A stretch of DNA of 36,775 nt. Source: Pseudomonadota bacterium. GTDB taxonomy: Bacteria > Bdellovibrionota_B > Oligoflexia > Oligoflexales > CAIYRB01. Below, one piece after another: positions 8,640 to 17,022 of the stretch (positions are counted from its first letter, which is position 1; every line of letters begins with the position of its first letter). Location: positions 1-36,775 of the forward strand of contig JAYWBY010000202.1 in the NCBI GenBank assembly GCA_043781115.1. The letters are read 5' to 3'. The position numbers were made by a program, and so were the translations under genes. The notes beneath the pieces were generated by a model. It was given only the letters and a program-made list of their open reading frames with translations, was not told the DNA's origin and searched no databases.

Positions 8640-9907
8640 TAAATCGTCCTGAGCGTCTTGAGTTTTTCGCGGATCATGCGGGTCACGTCGTCGATGGCTT
8701 TTTGGCCGCCTTCGGGCACTTCAGGAGGCAGGGCTTGTTTGGTCCTCTTGGGTGGCATCGATTTTATGCCGTCTTCGCCGACGCTGACGTTGATGCGGCC
8801 GCCGCTCAGCGCCTTATTTTCGGCTTTAGCGACCGGCGCCGCCTGAGTCGGAGCTTCGGGAACAGCTAAGGAGTCGTTGAATTTCTTGCTCGAGAGCGTT
8901 TCAGGGTCGTTACCCGCGAGTTTCTTCAGGACTGGAGCCTGACGCATTTCGAGGGACGGCGCTTTGTCCGTCAGCATGCGTGAAAAGCTCTGAGGAGCGG
9001 CCATGGGAATTGGCGCGGCGACCGCGGCTTGTTTGCCGATCGCCGTGAGGAACGTGACGTTCTCGGGTGTAATGCCGATGAGGATCTTTTCGTCGCCGAT
9101 TTGAATGAGCGAAATCTTTTGACGGGCTGCCAGCGACAGGCTGCCGATCGTCTTCATCGCGATGGAGGCTTCGGGTAGCAGGCCCTTGGCTTGGGCGCGG
9201 CGGCGGATGTAGGGCCGGGCCAACCAAGTAATGCCCAAGAGCCCGAGCATCACGGCGGAGAATACTGAGACTCGGATGAGTTTGTCTCGGAGGTCGATGC
9301 CGCCGCCCGCGAGTTTCGTGTCTTTGACTTCGCCCTTGAGGAGCGCGCTCGGGGCGGGGATGTCGTGTTGAACTTCCGTAGAGGCGATGACGCTTTCGGC
9401 CGTCGTGCCCGGGGCGAGTTCCGCCGGCGGACCAACGAGGTCGAGTGGTTTCGGGACGGCAGCCAGGAGGGCTTCCAGTTTGGCGTTGTCGATCGTGATC
9501 ATGATGCGGTTGCCGAGGAGTTCGGCGCTGAGGGTTTGCTTGATTTTGGTGGCATCTTTGCCGACGAAAAAGCGCACGCCGGCATCGGTCGGCGTCAGCT
9601 GGAACACGGCGATTTTGGTGAGGTAAGGGTTATTACCGTCGAAGAATTTTCCCGGCTCCGGAACGATGGCGCCGGGCAGGTTGAGTTGGAGGAAGGAGCC
9701 GTGATCCTGCAGATCGAAAGGCGTCTTCCAGGTGGGGTGTTGATCGAGGCGAACATTGACGATGGACATTTTCGCGTCCGTTTCGCCGTCAATTTCGCCA
9801 ATGGTAATGAGTTTGGGCGCCTCGGCTTTGGCGGCCGGAACTTTGCCGGCGGCAAAGGCCGAGCCCGCGGCTAGCGACAAAGAGGTCGCGCACAGAAAGA
9901 GACGCAA
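8639..9907 (-). CDS. fliO: Extended FliO-like flagellar protein (signal peptide, periplasmic AMIN-like domain, TM helix, FliO core, long C-terminal tail)
   Basis: The track ORF (8639..10003, GTG) overlaps fliN by 32 nt. An in-frame TTG at 9905-9907, preceded by GGAGG with a 5-nt spacer, gives a clean signal peptide (M)RLFLCATSLSLAAGSAFA. The TM helix LIRVSVFSAVMLGLLGITWLA followed by MKTIGSLSLAARQKISLIQIGDEKILIGITPENVTFL is the classic FliO core. The gene occupies the fliN-fliP slot. Confidence 0.7.
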   Translation of the reverse strand: MRLFLCATSLSLAAGSAFAAGKVPAAKAEAPKLITIGEIDGETDAKMSIVNVRLDQHPTWKTPFDLQDHGSFLQLNLPGAIVPEPGKFFDGNNPYLTKIAVFQLTPTDAGVRFFVGKDATKIKQTLSAELLGNRIMITIDNAKLEALLAAVPKPLDLVGPPAELAPGTTAESVIASTEVQHDIPAPSALLKGEVKDTKLAGGGIDLRDKLIRVSVFSAVMLGLLGITWLARPYIRRRAQAKGLLPEASIAMKTIGSLSLAARQKISLIQIGDEKILIGITPENVTFLTAIGKQAAVAAPIPMAAPQSFSRMLTDKAPSLEMRQAPVLKKLAGNDPETLSSKKFNDSLAVPEAPTQAAPVAKAENKALSGGRINVSVGEDGIKSMPPKRTKQALPPEVPEGGQKAIDDVTRMIREKLKTLRTI

Positions 9908-9971
9908 AGAAGCCTCCGGGCGGGTGTTGAGAATTAACGAGGTGGACGAGCTGAGAGAGAAACGGGGGAAT

Positions 9972-10427
9972 TTAACCGGCTTTATCCGAGTGGGCAAGGT
10001 CACCCAAACCGAACTGCGACACGACGTCGGTGAGACGGACGCCGAATTTCTCGTTGACGACGACGACCTCGCCCATGGCGACGAGTTTGTCGTTGATGAG
10101 GATCTCCATGGGCTCGCCAGCGATCTTGTCGAGTTCGATGACGGAACCTTGGCCGAGCTGCAAGAGGTCGTTGACTAGCATTTTGGTGCGGCCGAGTTCG
10201 ACCGACACCTTGAGCGGGATGTCCAAGATCATTTTGAGCTTGGAAAAATCGGTGCGCGGCGACTTGTGGTCGTCGCCGGTGATCGACATTCCCGCCGACT
10301 CGTCCTTCTTGGCTCCGCCGGCGCCAGGCATGCCGCCGCCGCCCGTCGCTTCAGCCAACGCATCGTCGAAGTCGGAGCCAAGCCCGAAATCCTCCGGACC
10401 CACGCCACCGCCGCCTTCGTTGCCCAT
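9972..10427 (-). CDS. fliN: Flagellar motor switch protein FliN
   Basis: 151 aa. Gly/acidic N-terminus, then the SpoA/FliN C-terminal domain (ILDIPLKVSVELGRTKMLVNDLLQLGQGSVIELDKIAGEPMEILINDKLVAMGEVVVV). GGAGG lies 6 nt upstream of the ATG. Confidence 0.92.
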   Translation of the reverse strand: MGNEGGGGVGPEDFGLGSDFDDALAEATGGGGMPGAGGAKKDESAGMSITGDDHKSPRTDFSKLKMILDIPLKVSVELGRTKMLVNDLLQLGQGSVIELDKIAGEPMEILINDKLVAMGEVVVVNEKFGVRLTDVVSQFGLGDLAHSDKAG

Positions 10428-10452
10428 GGCTAACCTCCTTTAAAACTACGAA

Positions 10453-11433
10453 CTAAACGTCAATGAGGGACTCGACGATCTTCAGCGCCCGGTTGCCTTT
10501 GAGCAGACCCGGAATGCCTTTGAACTTCGGGATGCCTTCGATCTGGATGTCGAGCGGCATCGTCGCGTCGGAGTCGAGCTGGATGATGTCGCCGGGCGCC
10601 AGGTCCATCAAGTCGCGCAGCGTGATGTCGGCCTCGCCGAGTTTCACCAAAACGTTGGCCGAAGTTCCCATGATTTGTTCTTTGATCCGGTTGATCCAGA
10701 TGAAGTCGACTTCGAGCTGCTCGCTTTGGAAGCCGACCGACAGCTTCGACTTGATCGGCTCGAGGGTCGCATAAGGGATGACGATCTTGATCGTGCCCGA
10801 GACCTTCTCGAGTTCGACGTCGAAGGTCGTCGCGATTACGACGTCTGACGGCGGCACGACGGCGACGAACTGCGGATTGATCTCGGTCCGGCTGTAGCCG
10901 ACTTTGAGAGGATAGACCGGCTCCCACGCTTTTTCGTAGTCGTCGATGGCCGAGAGGACGACGCGGCGCGCGATTTTGATTTCGATCTGGGTGAAGTCTT
11001 TGCCTTCGATCTTGGTGTAAGGCACGTCGTTGCCGCCGAAGAAGCTGTCGACCAAGGCATAGAGGAGCTTCGACTCGATGACCATCACGGCTGCGCCGCG
11101 CAAGGGGTCGAGGCGAAGGATGTTGAGGCAGGACGGCAGCGGCAGCGAGTTCATGAATTCGGAGAATTTGAGCGGACCGGTCGAGTTGACGCTGAGGTTC
11201 GCCATCTTGCGCAAAGCGTTCGACAACGTGACGCGGAAGAGACGGATGAATCGGTCGTGGATAATGTCGAGAGTCGGCATCCGGCCGCGAATGATGCGGT
11301 CCTGGTTGGCGAGGTCGTACTGAACGACACCGCTCTTCATCGCGTCGTCGCCCATCTCGTCCGAGTCGACGCGGTTGTCCGACACGGCCGACAACAGGGC
11401 ATCGACTTCCGTTTGCGAAAGTACCTGGTTCAT
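10453..11433 (-). CDS. fliM: Flagellar motor switch protein FliM
   Basis: 326 aa. N-terminal CheY-P binding motif LSQTEVDALL, FliM middle domain, and a C-terminal SpoA-like domain. Confidence 0.92.
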   Translation of the reverse strand: MNQVLSQTEVDALLSAVSDNRVDSDEMGDDAMKSGVVQYDLANQDRIIRGRMPTLDIIHDRFIRLFRVTLSNALRKMANLSVNSTGPLKFSEFMNSLPLPSCLNILRLDPLRGAAVMVIESKLLYALVDSFFGGNDVPYTKIEGKDFTQIEIKIARRVVLSAIDDYEKAWEPVYPLKVGYSRTEINPQFVAVVPPSDVVIATTFDVELEKVSGTIKIVIPYATLEPIKSKLSVGFQSEQLEVDFIWINRIKEQIMGTSANVLVKLGEADITLRDLMDLAPGDIIQLDSDATMPLDIQIEGIPKFKGIPGLLKGNRALKIVESLIDV

Positions 11434-11476
11434 GGGACCTAACTTTTTGGGGGGAGAGAGAAGGGACGACCCCTGA

Positions 11477-12181
11477 TCACTCGATCAGGATGTCGGTAAT
11501 GAATACGTCGTCGATCTTGCGGGACATGTAGTGGTTGACGCGGGTCTGGATCTCTTTGCGGAGCTGTTCCATGCCGTCGGGGCCGAGGAGGAATTCACGG
11601 GTCTTGCGGCGGGTGACGGCGATGACGGCGTCTTTCAACTGGGGCAGACGTTTCTCTAGTTCGGCTTTGGTCTCGTCGTTGCAGCCGTATTCGACGGAGA
11701 TTTCCAAGCGCACATAGCGGTTTTCCAGGGGATTGCCGAGGTTCAAGTGGAAGGGCTGAAATGCCATCGTGCAGCCGAAGTCGATGTTGTCGGCCTTGGC
11801 CAGCTTGGGCGCGTCTTTCTTCTCGCCCTCTTTGCCGTGCTCGCCTTCCTTCTTCGCTTCTTCCTTGCCGTGCTCGCCCTCTTTCTTGGCTTCTTCTTTG
11901 TGTTCGCCTTCTTTTTTGGCTTCTTCTTTGTGTTCGCCTTCTTTTTTGGCTTCTTCCTTGTGCTCGCCTTCCACCGGCGTTTTCGCCGCCATTTTGGCTT
12001 CCGAACCGCCAGCGAGGAAGAACGCGAGGCCGGCGCCGATGCCAGCGGTCAAAACGACGCCAGCGACTACGAACAGCAAGAGCTTGCGCTTCTTGGCTTT
12101 CGCCGCGGCTTCTTCAGGCGTCGCCTCGGGCTTCTCGGCCGCCGCCTTTTCGTCTTTCTTTTCTTCTTTTTTCTCGGCCAT
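11477..12181 (-). CDS. fliL: Flagellar basal-body-associated protein FliL, with a Lys/Glu-rich tandem-repeat linker
   Basis: 234 aa. Charged N-terminus, one TM helix (LLLFVVAGVVLTAGIGAGLAFFLAG), and a C-terminal FliL core (FQPFHLNLGNP..RYVRLEISVEY...LKDAVIAVTRRKT...VFITDILIE). First gene of the fliLMN... order. Confidence 0.85.
   Translation of the reverse strand: MAEKKEEKKDEKAAAEKPEATPEEAAAKAKKRKLLLFVVAGVVLTAGIGAGLAFFLAGGSEAKMAAKTPVEGEHKEEAKKEGEHKEEAKKEGEHKEEAKKEGEHGKEEAKKEGEHGKEGEKKDAPKLAKADNIDFGCTMAFQPFHLNLGNPLENRYVRLEISVEYGCNDETKAELEKRLPQLKDAVIAVTRRKTREFLLGPDGMEQLRKEIQTRVNHYMSRKIDDVFITDILIE
11821..11975. repeat. In-frame tandem repeat of about 5 units of 30-33 bp inside fliL
   Basis: 11891-11920 and 11921-11950 are identical 30-mers (ttcttctttgtgttcgccttcttttttggc), flanked by diverged 30/33-bp copies. 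They encode EGEHKEEAKK x3, then EGEHGKEEAKK and EGEHGKEGEKK. Confidence 0.9.
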
Positions 12182-12242
12182 GGTTCCTCTATTCCCTCAA
12201 AGATATACAAAAGCCATGCCAGCGCGATTTCCACTACCCGAC

Positions 12243-12270
12243 TTGTCGGCGGCTTTGTGCCTTAGCTTTA
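12243..12270 (-). promoter_or_regulatory. Candidate sigma-28 (FliA) promoter upstream of fliL
   Basis: The minus strand reads TAAA(G)-N16-GCCGACAA, against the remembered consensus TAAA-N15-GCCGATAA. The -10 element matches 7/8, the spacer is 1 nt longer than consensus, and the -10 ends about 60 nt upstream of the fliL ATG. Confidence 0.45.
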
Positions 12271-12474
12271 AGGGAGTTGCTTGGAATTATGGATGCTCCC
12301 TGCAAAATCAGTGTCAAAGGTCCGCGGTTTGGGCATTATGTAAGACCGTTGGTGAAAGCCCGGTTTTTTGACGCGATGCCCAAACGCCGCTCCAAATCTT
12401 TGGCGGTGGCGAGTGTCAATCTCCTGGCGGCGGGCGCCAAGGAAATGGCGTCTGGATTTTGACGAGAGGCAGAT

Positions 12475-13737
12475 TTGAGCTCCCTCAATTGGTGCCGAGT
12501 GATATTTGCCGGCGCCGCCCTGGGCGGCGGGTTCCCGGCTTTTGCCGACTCCACGCCCTCGGAAGTGAAGGCAACGACGCTGTCTTACGACGTTGACGCG
12601 GCTTTGACTTACATCGATGCGGCGCGCCGGCCGGATACCGGCGCGATTCAGGCCTCTCCGCCGGTCGCGATGGTCGAACAACCCCGCACGCTCGGCCTGG
12701 AACATCTGAAGCTCGGCCTCGACTGGCGGACGGTGGAAGGAGCCGCTCTCCGTCTCGTTCTGCGTCCCGATGCTGCGAATCACGCTCAATCGGGGGACTC
12801 CGGAGCCCCAGTCCGTGAACTCGACACGCGCAGCGGCGCGCCGTACCGGCCGATGCCGACGGTTCGCCTGCTAGACTCCTACCAGCTGACGGTGAAACCC
12901 GGCACCAGTCTCGACTTGGCGCTAGGCGTCTTCGAGAATCTATTGCCGTCGCAAGCGGCTTATCCCGAAGTGCTGGCCTTCGGTCTAGAAGTTAGAACCC
13001 CGGCCAAGTTCTCCGCCGTCAGGGTTCGTTGGCACCGCCAAGAGCAGGGAGCCGACACGCTCGTTGGCACTGCCAGCGGCTTCCACGTCGACCTATATGT
13101 CCTCCACGGGGACGAAGACCGGGCCGAACAGCAAGGGGGCCGCAAAGGTAGCTTCGACCGGGCGCCCGTCGGCCAAGACCCCTACTACGGCGGCGCCGCG
13201 CAGTTCGGCTGGCAGCCGAGTCGGCGCGTCGAATGGAACTTGCTCGGCGGCTATGGCGACGCAGCGGCGATCGGCGGGCGGCGCAACGAAATTTACACGG
13301 AACTCGCGGGCGTCGGCTTGTTGCCGGTCGCCAGTCGCGATCTGAAGTTGGCGCTCGACTTGAAAGCCGTGCGGGAGAAGTGGCGCGGCGCCGCCGTGAA
13401 CATCAAGAACCGCGAGCAACGGAGCGCCGACCTCACGGCGTCTCTGCCGACGGTTCCCGGCCTTTGGTACGTGCTGGGTGCGGCGATGGGCGTCAGCGAG
13501 CGTCCCGTTTCCGAACAAGCACAAGACGAAACGGTCGCCGTCCGCGGTTACCAAGCCTCGACCGGGTTTCTGAGCCAAGTCGGCAAAGGATTGACTTTGG
13601 AATTCATGGTCAGCCAAGAACGTCGGACGACCTCCGACGCCGCGGGCAATCTCGTCGGAGCTTTTGTCGACGAGGCAGGCAGCCATTCGACAATCCGGCG
13701 CCTTGGTTTGACGCTGCGCTACGAGGGAAATGGATGA
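12475..13737 (+). CDS. Putative outer-membrane beta-barrel / porin-like protein (paralogue 1)
   Basis: 420 aa. TTG start with GAGAGG 5 nt upstream. Signal-like N-terminus ending AFA|DS. Alternating amphipathic strand pattern. The segment RLLDSYQLTVKPGTSLDLALGVF resembles the diagnostic stretch of porin O/P-type barrels as I remember it. The stop overlaps the next start (ATGA). Confidence 0.6.
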   Translation: MSSLNWCRVIFAGAALGGGFPAFADSTPSEVKATTLSYDVDAALTYIDAARRPDTGAIQASPPVAMVEQPRTLGLEHLKLGLDWRTVEGAALRLVLRPDAANHAQSGDSGAPVRELDTRSGAPYRPMPTVRLLDSYQLTVKPGTSLDLALGVFENLLPSQAAYPEVLAFGLEVRTPAKFSAVRVRWHRQEQGADTLVGTASGFHVDLYVLHGDEDRAEQQGGRKGSFDRAPVGQDPYYGGAAQFGWQPSRRVEWNLLGGYGDAAAIGGRRNEIYTELAGVGLLPVASRDLKLALDLKAVREKWRGAAVNIKNREQRSADLTASLPTVPGLWYVLGAAMGVSERPVSEQAQDETVAVRGYQASTGFLSQVGKGLTLEFMVSQERRTTSDAAGNLVGAFVDEAGSHSTIRRLGLTLRYEGNG

Positions 13738-15062
13738 AAATGCTGAAATGGCTGCCGCTCTCGGCGTGTTTGTGGTCTGGTGTTCTCTTCGCGCAATCTG
13801 CCCCGCCCCCGACGGCTCCGTCTTCACCTCGAGTCTCGGGCGACACGAAGGCCTCGCTCGGCGTGCGTGTCGACTGCTTGCATGATTTCAACCTCGACAA
13901 AGGGGCGGCGCAGAACTGCCTCACCATCAGTAGCTTGAAGGTGACGGTGGTCCATCAAGACTCGGCAAAGGTGCGCGCCATGCTGCGCCTTGACCCTTTC
14001 GCTACGCCGCGCTCCAGCGACGCGGACACACCCGACCGCGTCAATGGTCCTGCGGCGAAGGATACCGAACTCGGAATCATCGATGCTTACGCCCTGACGT
14101 GGCTGCCTCGTCCGAACCTCGACGTCTCCGTAGGCTCCTACGACGGCGCGGCGCGAATCCCCTCGACCAGCGGCTTGGCGATGGCCGGGCGCTTTGCCGA
14201 CAACGGCTGGAAGCAAACGGCGCTTACCGTTACGTACAATCTCTCCGTCCCGACCGAGATGCGCGTGCGGTTCGCCGCCGGCAACGGCGAGGGGGAGCCG
14301 GTAAAGAACCTCGACCCGCAGCAATACTTCGGCTTCGACGCCGATGCGCGCATCATCAAAGGTATGCACGCGACCCTCGGGGTTTCCCTCGACGGCAACG
14401 ACGCCGGTTCCGAGGAGCATGACTATCTATCGAAGAAGTACCAACAAGATTGCGCCCTCGACCCGACGAAGGCGATGTCCAAGCTAGGCCATTCGACTCA
14501 GCGCATCGCCGCGGGTCTAGCCCTCGACGGCACGCTCACCGGCGTCGAAGGTTTGAAGGTCGGTCTCGGCTGGCAACGCAATGTCTTGAGCGATCTCGAC
14601 AAGAAGCACCGCGGTGCGCCAAGTGACGCCGACTTGAAGAATTGCCCGCGGCTCGACGTCGACACGGTCTTCGTGGAAGATTCCGGAGATGCCGTCAACA
14701 CGGTCCAAAGGACCAATTACGCCTTCAACCTCAACTACCGGCTTTGGACGGCCTACTTCATCGCCTTCGACTACGAGACGCGCCGCGTCGACACTGGTTC
14801 GGAGAAGCTGTTCGAAGTTTGCCGCGGCTACACCAACGGCAAGTGCAGCGCGCCGTCGGGCGACGAGCGCAACAATCTATCCGAGGACGCCTTCACTGCG
14901 GGCGCTGGCATGGATCTCGAGAGCGACTTGAAGCTGACCGTGGAATACTCGAAGGAGAAGTTCGATCGGACGTTTACGCAGGTTTTCTTCGACAACCAAA
15001 ACGGCAAAGTGGCGACCCAACGAGAAGTCTTCAACGCTCGCCTAGCCTATAATATTCCGTGA
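13734..15062 (+). CDS. Putative outer-membrane beta-barrel / porin-like protein (paralogue 2)
   Basis: The track ORF starts at 13233 but overlaps the previous gene. The in-frame ATG at 13734 (GAGGGA 5 nt upstream) gives the signal peptide MKMLKWLPLSACLWSGVLFA|QS. IIDAYALTWLPRPNLDVSVGSY parallels the equivalent segment of paralogue 1. Confidence 0.65.
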   Translation: MKMLKWLPLSACLWSGVLFAQSAPPPTAPSSPRVSGDTKASLGVRVDCLHDFNLDKGAAQNCLTISSLKVTVVHQDSAKVRAMLRLDPFATPRSSDADTPDRVNGPAAKDTELGIIDAYALTWLPRPNLDVSVGSYDGAARIPSTSGLAMAGRFADNGWKQTALTVTYNLSVPTEMRVRFAAGNGEGEPVKNLDPQQYFGFDADARIIKGMHATLGVSLDGNDAGSEEHDYLSKKYQQDCALDPTKAMSKLGHSTQRIAAGLALDGTLTGVEGLKVGLGWQRNVLSDLDKKHRGAPSDADLKNCPRLDVDTVFVEDSGDAVNTVQRTNYAFNLNYRLWTAYFIAFDYETRRVDTGSEKLFEVCRGYTNGKCSAPSGDERNNLSEDAFTAGAGMDLESDLKLTVEYSKEKFDRTFTQVFFDNQNGKVATQREVFNARLAYNIP

Positions 15063-15250
15063 GCCCAACGGCAAGAAAGTCTTGTTAATTAAAAGGCTTA
15101 CCCCCATCCAGCGGCCCCCCCAAGGGAAGCCTCCTACGCTGCTTTAGCCCTCGCAAGCCGCGACGCACTTTGTTACGATCAGGGGCGTTTTGGCGCGCCC
15201 TCTGCTGTCGTCGCCTTGCCTGTTGCATCTCACGGGGTAACGGAGTCTTG

Positions 15251-15709
15251 ATGCTTTCCGCTCGTATCCGCTTTTGGCTCGGAACCTTAGCCTGCCTGGT
15301 CGTTTTGACCGCCTGCCTCGAGCAGTTCGATCCGACCGCCAATAACGCCAAATTCCACAAAGAACATGATCAGTCGCTCGTCGTCGCGCCGAAGCTGACG
15401 GCGACGGGCGATCTGCCCCCCGCGGGCGGTCCGGCGATCGATATCAACGAACGATTCCAGACGCTCTGCTCGAATTGCCACGGCCAAACCGGACACGGCG
15501 ATGGACCTGGCGGCATGGCGCTAAACCCGCGGCCGAGGAACTTTACCGACGCCGCTTGGCAAGCCGCGACGAACGACGAACGCATCGCCAAGGTCATCAC
15601 CAACGGCGGCGCGTCCGTCGGCTTGAGCGCGATGATGGCTCCCTGGGGCTCGGTTTTGAGTCCGGAAGAAGTCAAATTGATGGTCGGCAAAGTGCGGACC
15701 TTCAAGTAG
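15251..15709 (+). CDS. Mono-haem c-type cytochrome, probable lipoprotein
   Basis: In-frame ATG at 15251 with GGAG 5 nt upstream. Lipobox LVVLTA|C. A single CxxCH haem motif (CSNCHG). Candidate distal Met in LSAMMAPWG. Class I cytochrome c size. Confidence 0.85.
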   Translation: MLSARIRFWLGTLACLVVLTACLEQFDPTANNAKFHKEHDQSLVVAPKLTATGDLPPAGGPAIDINERFQTLCSNCHGQTGHGDGPGGMALNPRPRNFTDAAWQAATNDERIAKVITNGGASVGLSAMMAPWGSVLSPEEVKLMVGKVRTFK

Positions 15710-15727
15710 TGAAGGTCGTCGCCAGGC

Positions 15728-16987
15728 TCACTTGATGAATTCCTTGTGCAGGACGCTCGTGGCTTTGTCCGCGTCCTGCTCGGCGACGACGACCGAGATT
15801 TTGATCTCGGAGGTCGAGATCATGTTGATGCTGATGCCGTGCGAGGTCAGCGCCCCGAAGGTACGACCAGCGACGCCGGAGTAGCTGCGCATACCGACGC
15901 CGACGGTCGACACCTTCGCGAGTCCGCTCTCGGTCGAGACGGTGACGGCAGGGTAACGCTTTTCTTCCATCAATTTGGCGATGGCGCGTTTCGCCCCTTC
16001 GAGATCGGTCTTGGCGACGGTGAATCCGACGCGCATCGTGTGGTCGGTATCCGGTTTGTCGTGAACGATGATGTCGACGTTGACGCCGAGCGCGCCGAGC
16101 TTTTGGAAGATCTCCGAGATGACCGCGCTGTCCTTCGCCAGACCGCTCAACGTGATTTTCGCGATGTTGCGGTCAAGGGTGACGCCGGCAACGACCAGCG
16201 CTTCAATGGAGTCGGCTTCGGCGTGCGACATGATACGGGTCCTTCTGTGGTCATTCGGAGTAAAGGTGTTGCGGACGGTAAGCGGCATTTTGAACTTGGC
16301 GCCGAGTTCGACGCAGCGTGGGTGCAGGACTTTGCTGCCGAGCGACGCCATCTCAAGCGCCACTTCGTAGTCGAGCTCTTCGATGAGTTTCGCTTCCGGC
16401 ACCACCCGCGGATCGGCGGTGAAGACACCGTCGACGTCGGTGTTGATTTCGCAGAACGCCGCCTCGAGCGCTACGGCGAGCGCTACGGCGCTGGTGTCGC
16501 TGCCGCCGCGACCGAGCGTCGTTAGCTCCATTTCGGGCGTGATGCCTTGAAAGCCGGCGATCACGGCGACGGCACCGTTCTTCCAGCCTTCGCGGATCGG
16601 GGCGGTGTTGATGTGTTTGATCCTGGCTTTCGAGTGCAGCTCGTCGGTGTAAATGCCGAGCTTATAGGCCAAAAAGGGCATGGCCTTGATGCCCTCACCC
16701 TCTAACGCCGCCGCCATGAGCGCTACGCTGACCTGCTCGCCGGCGGCGACGGCCATGTCGTAAGACACGCCCGAAGCCTGCGGGTTTACTTCGTTGACCA
16801 TCTCGACCAAGCGATTGGTCTCGCCCGAGCGGGCGCTGACGACGATCGCGAGGTTGGTGTAGCCGTCACGGACTTGCGCGGCGATGCGCGCGGCGACGCT
16901 TTTGATGCGCTCGGCGTTGCCGACGGACGTGCCGCCGTACTTCTGAACGATGGCCGCCGACTTCGGAAATTGCGAATACACGGACAC
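15728..16987 (-). CDS. lysC: Aspartate kinase
   Basis: 419 aa. N-terminal VQKYGGTSVG, kinase core, and two C-terminal ACT-like repeats. GTG start with AGGGGGAAG just upstream. Confidence 0.95.
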   Translation of the reverse strand: MSVYSQFPKSAAIVQKYGGTSVGNAERIKSVAARIAAQVRDGYTNLAIVVSARSGETNRLVEMVNEVNPQASGVSYDMAVAAGEQVSVALMAAALEGEGIKAMPFLAYKLGIYTDELHSKARIKHINTAPIREGWKNGAVAVIAGFQGITPEMELTTLGRGGSDTSAVALAVALEAAFCEINTDVDGVFTADPRVVPEAKLIEELDYEVALEMASLGSKVLHPRCVELGAKFKMPLTVRNTFTPNDHRRTRIMSHAEADSIEALVVAGVTLDRNIAKITLSGLAKDSAVISEIFQKLGALGVNVDIIVHDKPDTDHTMRVGFTVAKTDLEGAKRAIAKLMEEKRYPAVTVSTESGLAKVSTVGVGMRSYSGVAGRTFGALTSHGISINMISTSEIKISVVVAEQDADKATSVLHKEFIK

Positions 16988-17022
16988 TTCCCCCTGATTG
17001 CCTAAAGGCGGAGGAGAGTTTG

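Noticed and set aside
12289-12465. 58-aa plus-strand ORF (MDAPCKISVKGPRFGHYVRP...) in the fliL/porin intergenic region.
   Set aside because: The nearest SD-like element is 12 nt from the ATG. The ORF contains rare-looking codons (AGA, GTA) and resembles no family. The region is better explained as divergent promoter space, since it contains the sigma-28-like element.
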